From contig JAYWIR010000012.1 of assembly GCA_036172245.1 (NCBI GenBank), forward strand, positions 1,550,001-1,614,000: a stretch of DNA of 64,000 bases. The letters run 5' to 3'. Positions 61,800-64,000 of the stretch are shown here, piece by piece. Below the pieces are notes generated by a model that was not told where the DNA came from, did no database searches, and saw only the letters and a list, made by a program, of their open reading frames with translations. Each line of letters opens with the position of its first letter. Position 1 is the first letter of the stretch. Both the position numbers and the translations under genes were made by a program. The stretch comes from Raillietiella orientalis. Its lineage: Eukaryota.

Positions 61800-64000
61800 T
61801 TATTTTGTTTATAAATGAACACTTCGACGTGGCCTTCTCATCCAGCACAGCCGAGCCGTTTATTTCAAATCAATAAATAAACAAATCAAAAGAAAACAGT
61901 TAAGGATCGGCATGCCTAGGCCCGAACCCAAAGGAAGTGCCCTCGCGGGGGACAGGAATAGGGAGGCACGGAGGAAGAGGAGAGGGAACGATGAATAAAT
62001 AAATAAATAGGAAATGGGATGGACCGGCCTCACGCTATTCCGCCTGATTCCCGAGGCCTCGCGCAGAGAAGGGACGAAAGAGGGGGAGGAGCTCTCACCA
62101 GATTAGTCCGTCCACAAGTGCTCGAAGACTTCCCGGATTGAGCCATTCCGCATGCCCTCCGCACGTGAGCGATGGTGCGAATGGCCCTCTGGGGTGTCAG
62201 CCGCGTCCCCGCTCCTCCGGCTCGGCGGCCGTCGTCCCTCACACTCGGCAGAACTTCCGCGACGAGGAGGCTGGCAAGCCTGGAGACGTGACCACCTCCA
62301 TCAGGAGGTCACCGGGGACGACGGCACCGCGGCACTGAAATGCTCCAGAGATGCGCTCCTGTCCCCGACGCAGCCTTTCGCATCCCAGAAGTACGTGACG
62401 GAACTTTCCCTCTGTCCTGCAGCGGAACGTTCCTTGGGCCACTCTCTTCCCGCTGCGGCGCAGTGCCGTCCCTCGTTTCCGGAGAGTACCCAATATGCAA
62501 GCAACATGGCTGCCCGCAGCTACCGGAGAGGGAGGGCGTCGGCGTCGGAAAGGACGCCCGGAATCTCGAAATTGTATCAGGGAATCCATTCGGGGGCCCC
62601 AAGCTGGAACTTTTGGGGTGGTCTTGTTGGCTAGGAGAGGGTTCTTCTACTGGCCAGTAAACTTGGTGACCCCGGAAACCCTGTTGGTCACCTCCCATGC
62701 TGCAGGAGCCTCCCTTTCCTCCTGATCCCAACAATGAATGAATGTCCTCAATGGTCGCACGCTGAGATCTGCAGAGTGTCGTCCGTGGCCCCCAGTCCAC
62801 CGTCCAGTGTCCCTGCAAGGGAGGGGTTCCCAAGCCAGGCATGGCATTGCTTTTAGGGAAGGTTTTCTTGTTTCTTGGGTCCTCAAGAGATGCTAAGGAA
62901 CCGCCCGCCTCTTTAGGAGGAACCCACGAAGCTCTTTGACACCGTCCACTTCACCCAAGAGTGTGTATGACTCTTCAAGATACAAGGGGTGCCCCGGGAG
63001 GGGATCATCTTATGAATCCAGGAAGAGCTACGGAGGAAGGTCCGTTCCTCTCATGCTAGGGAAGAAACACCGGAGGGAACCACCTTTTCCTTATTCTCTC
63101 TGGAGGGACTACCCGGAGAGTAGACTACTCTCACACTCCTTGTTTCTTCTCCGAAAAGAAGTCGGAAGAATCTTCCGAATTTTTTTTCCGGGAAGAACCC
63201 CTAAGGAGACCGCTGCTTGTCCCCACCTCTGAAGAGAACCCCGAAGGAATACGTTTGAATTTTCTCTGAAGGGTCGCTCCTAACGGCAGCAGCGCACTTC
63301 TTCACTCTCTGGAGAGGTATCCGTCCCCCAGCTCCATGGTACGAGATGTACAGTGCCCCCTCCCGAGAAGGGAGCGGGTCCGCTTGCACGACCAGAGGGA
63401 AACCCCCAAAAGAACCGGTTCCTTGATTCCTGGTAAAACCCCGAGGGTGAACTTCCAGTCCCGGAAGTCAAGGGGGACATCCGAGGGTTTTCGGTTTCCA
63501 CCAGTGCCTTCGCACCCGAAGCCCGCGGGCCGACCGGCGTCGTCCTGCGAGGGGGACTCGAAATCCCATTCTTCAGCGCCCTTCTTTCCCCGGACGGGAT
63601 TCGAACTCGCGACGCCGGGTGCCGCGCGCGGAGAGACGGCAGCACAACACGGCTACCAACGCGGGCCTGGCTCGGGGGGTGGTTGGACTTTCCGCCTGCA
63701 TCCGCGTTTCCGGTAATCCCTGAATCCAAGCATTCCTCTTCAGTGGATCTCCACTCGTGATCCTCCCTGAGCGACTCATTCGGGAGAAGTGGATGACCCA
63801 GACCGCTTCGCCTGCGGGTGCGTGGGAGGACGGATGCCAATCCTTCGCAGTTTTCTGCAGTCTTCGGAAGGCAACGCGAAAGGAAGCCCAGTTAGAGTTC
63901 TGCAGCCTCTCCGAGAGGGCCAACGTCCTGAATGATGCTCGCTCCTGCACCTTTTCCGTGGAGAATGAGTCAGCTCGCCTATCTTGACGAAAGGGAACAA
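61800..64000 (-). mobile_element. Decayed L1/Tx1-type LINE ORF2 3' half plus UTR, copy F, split by SINE copy 9 and running off the window
   Basis: ALPSEDCRKLRRI..VAQGGSR (63750-63900); FRCRTEGKFRHVLLGCERLRR (~62370-62430); T-rich UTR at 61800-62010. Confidence 0.7.
62862..63665 (-). mobile_element. SINE copy 9 (full length)
   Basis: rc GAGTTCGAATCCCG head, second motif GATTTCGAGTCCCCC, shared body and tail. Confidence 0.85.

Noticed and set aside
1..64000. CRISPR array, operon or prokaryotic defence system
   Set aside because: No regularly spaced identical repeats and no gene-dense coding; the only prokaryote-like DNA I see is the ~200-bp IS patch.

Overview
Eukaryotic (probably invertebrate) repeat-saturated DNA with no intact protein-coding gene that I can support. 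Most of the window is a nested graveyard of decayed L1/Tx1-type non-LTR retrotransposon fragments. I see about 30 pieces on both strands, recognised by hand from frameshifted RT, KYLG, GGLG, C-terminal Cys/His and ORF1 motifs. Nine copies of one ~0.75-0.93 kb tRNA-headed SINE-like family are interspersed; it has a second B-box-like motif, an internal ~40-bp tandem-repeat block and a conserved double hairpin before an A-rich tail. A 5'-truncated mariner is split by a ~200-bp AT-rich insert that translates as a bacterial-type IS630 HTH fused to an IS110 transposase fragment, a candidate endosymbiont-to-host transfer. Also present are orphan host-gene fragments (calcyphosin exon, RING, possible Death domain), a possible NUMT, and two pairs of dead LINE copies sharing near-identical tracts inside diverged homology. 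All alignments and translations were done by eye; relic boundaries are approximate (+/-50-100 bp) and no database search was run.
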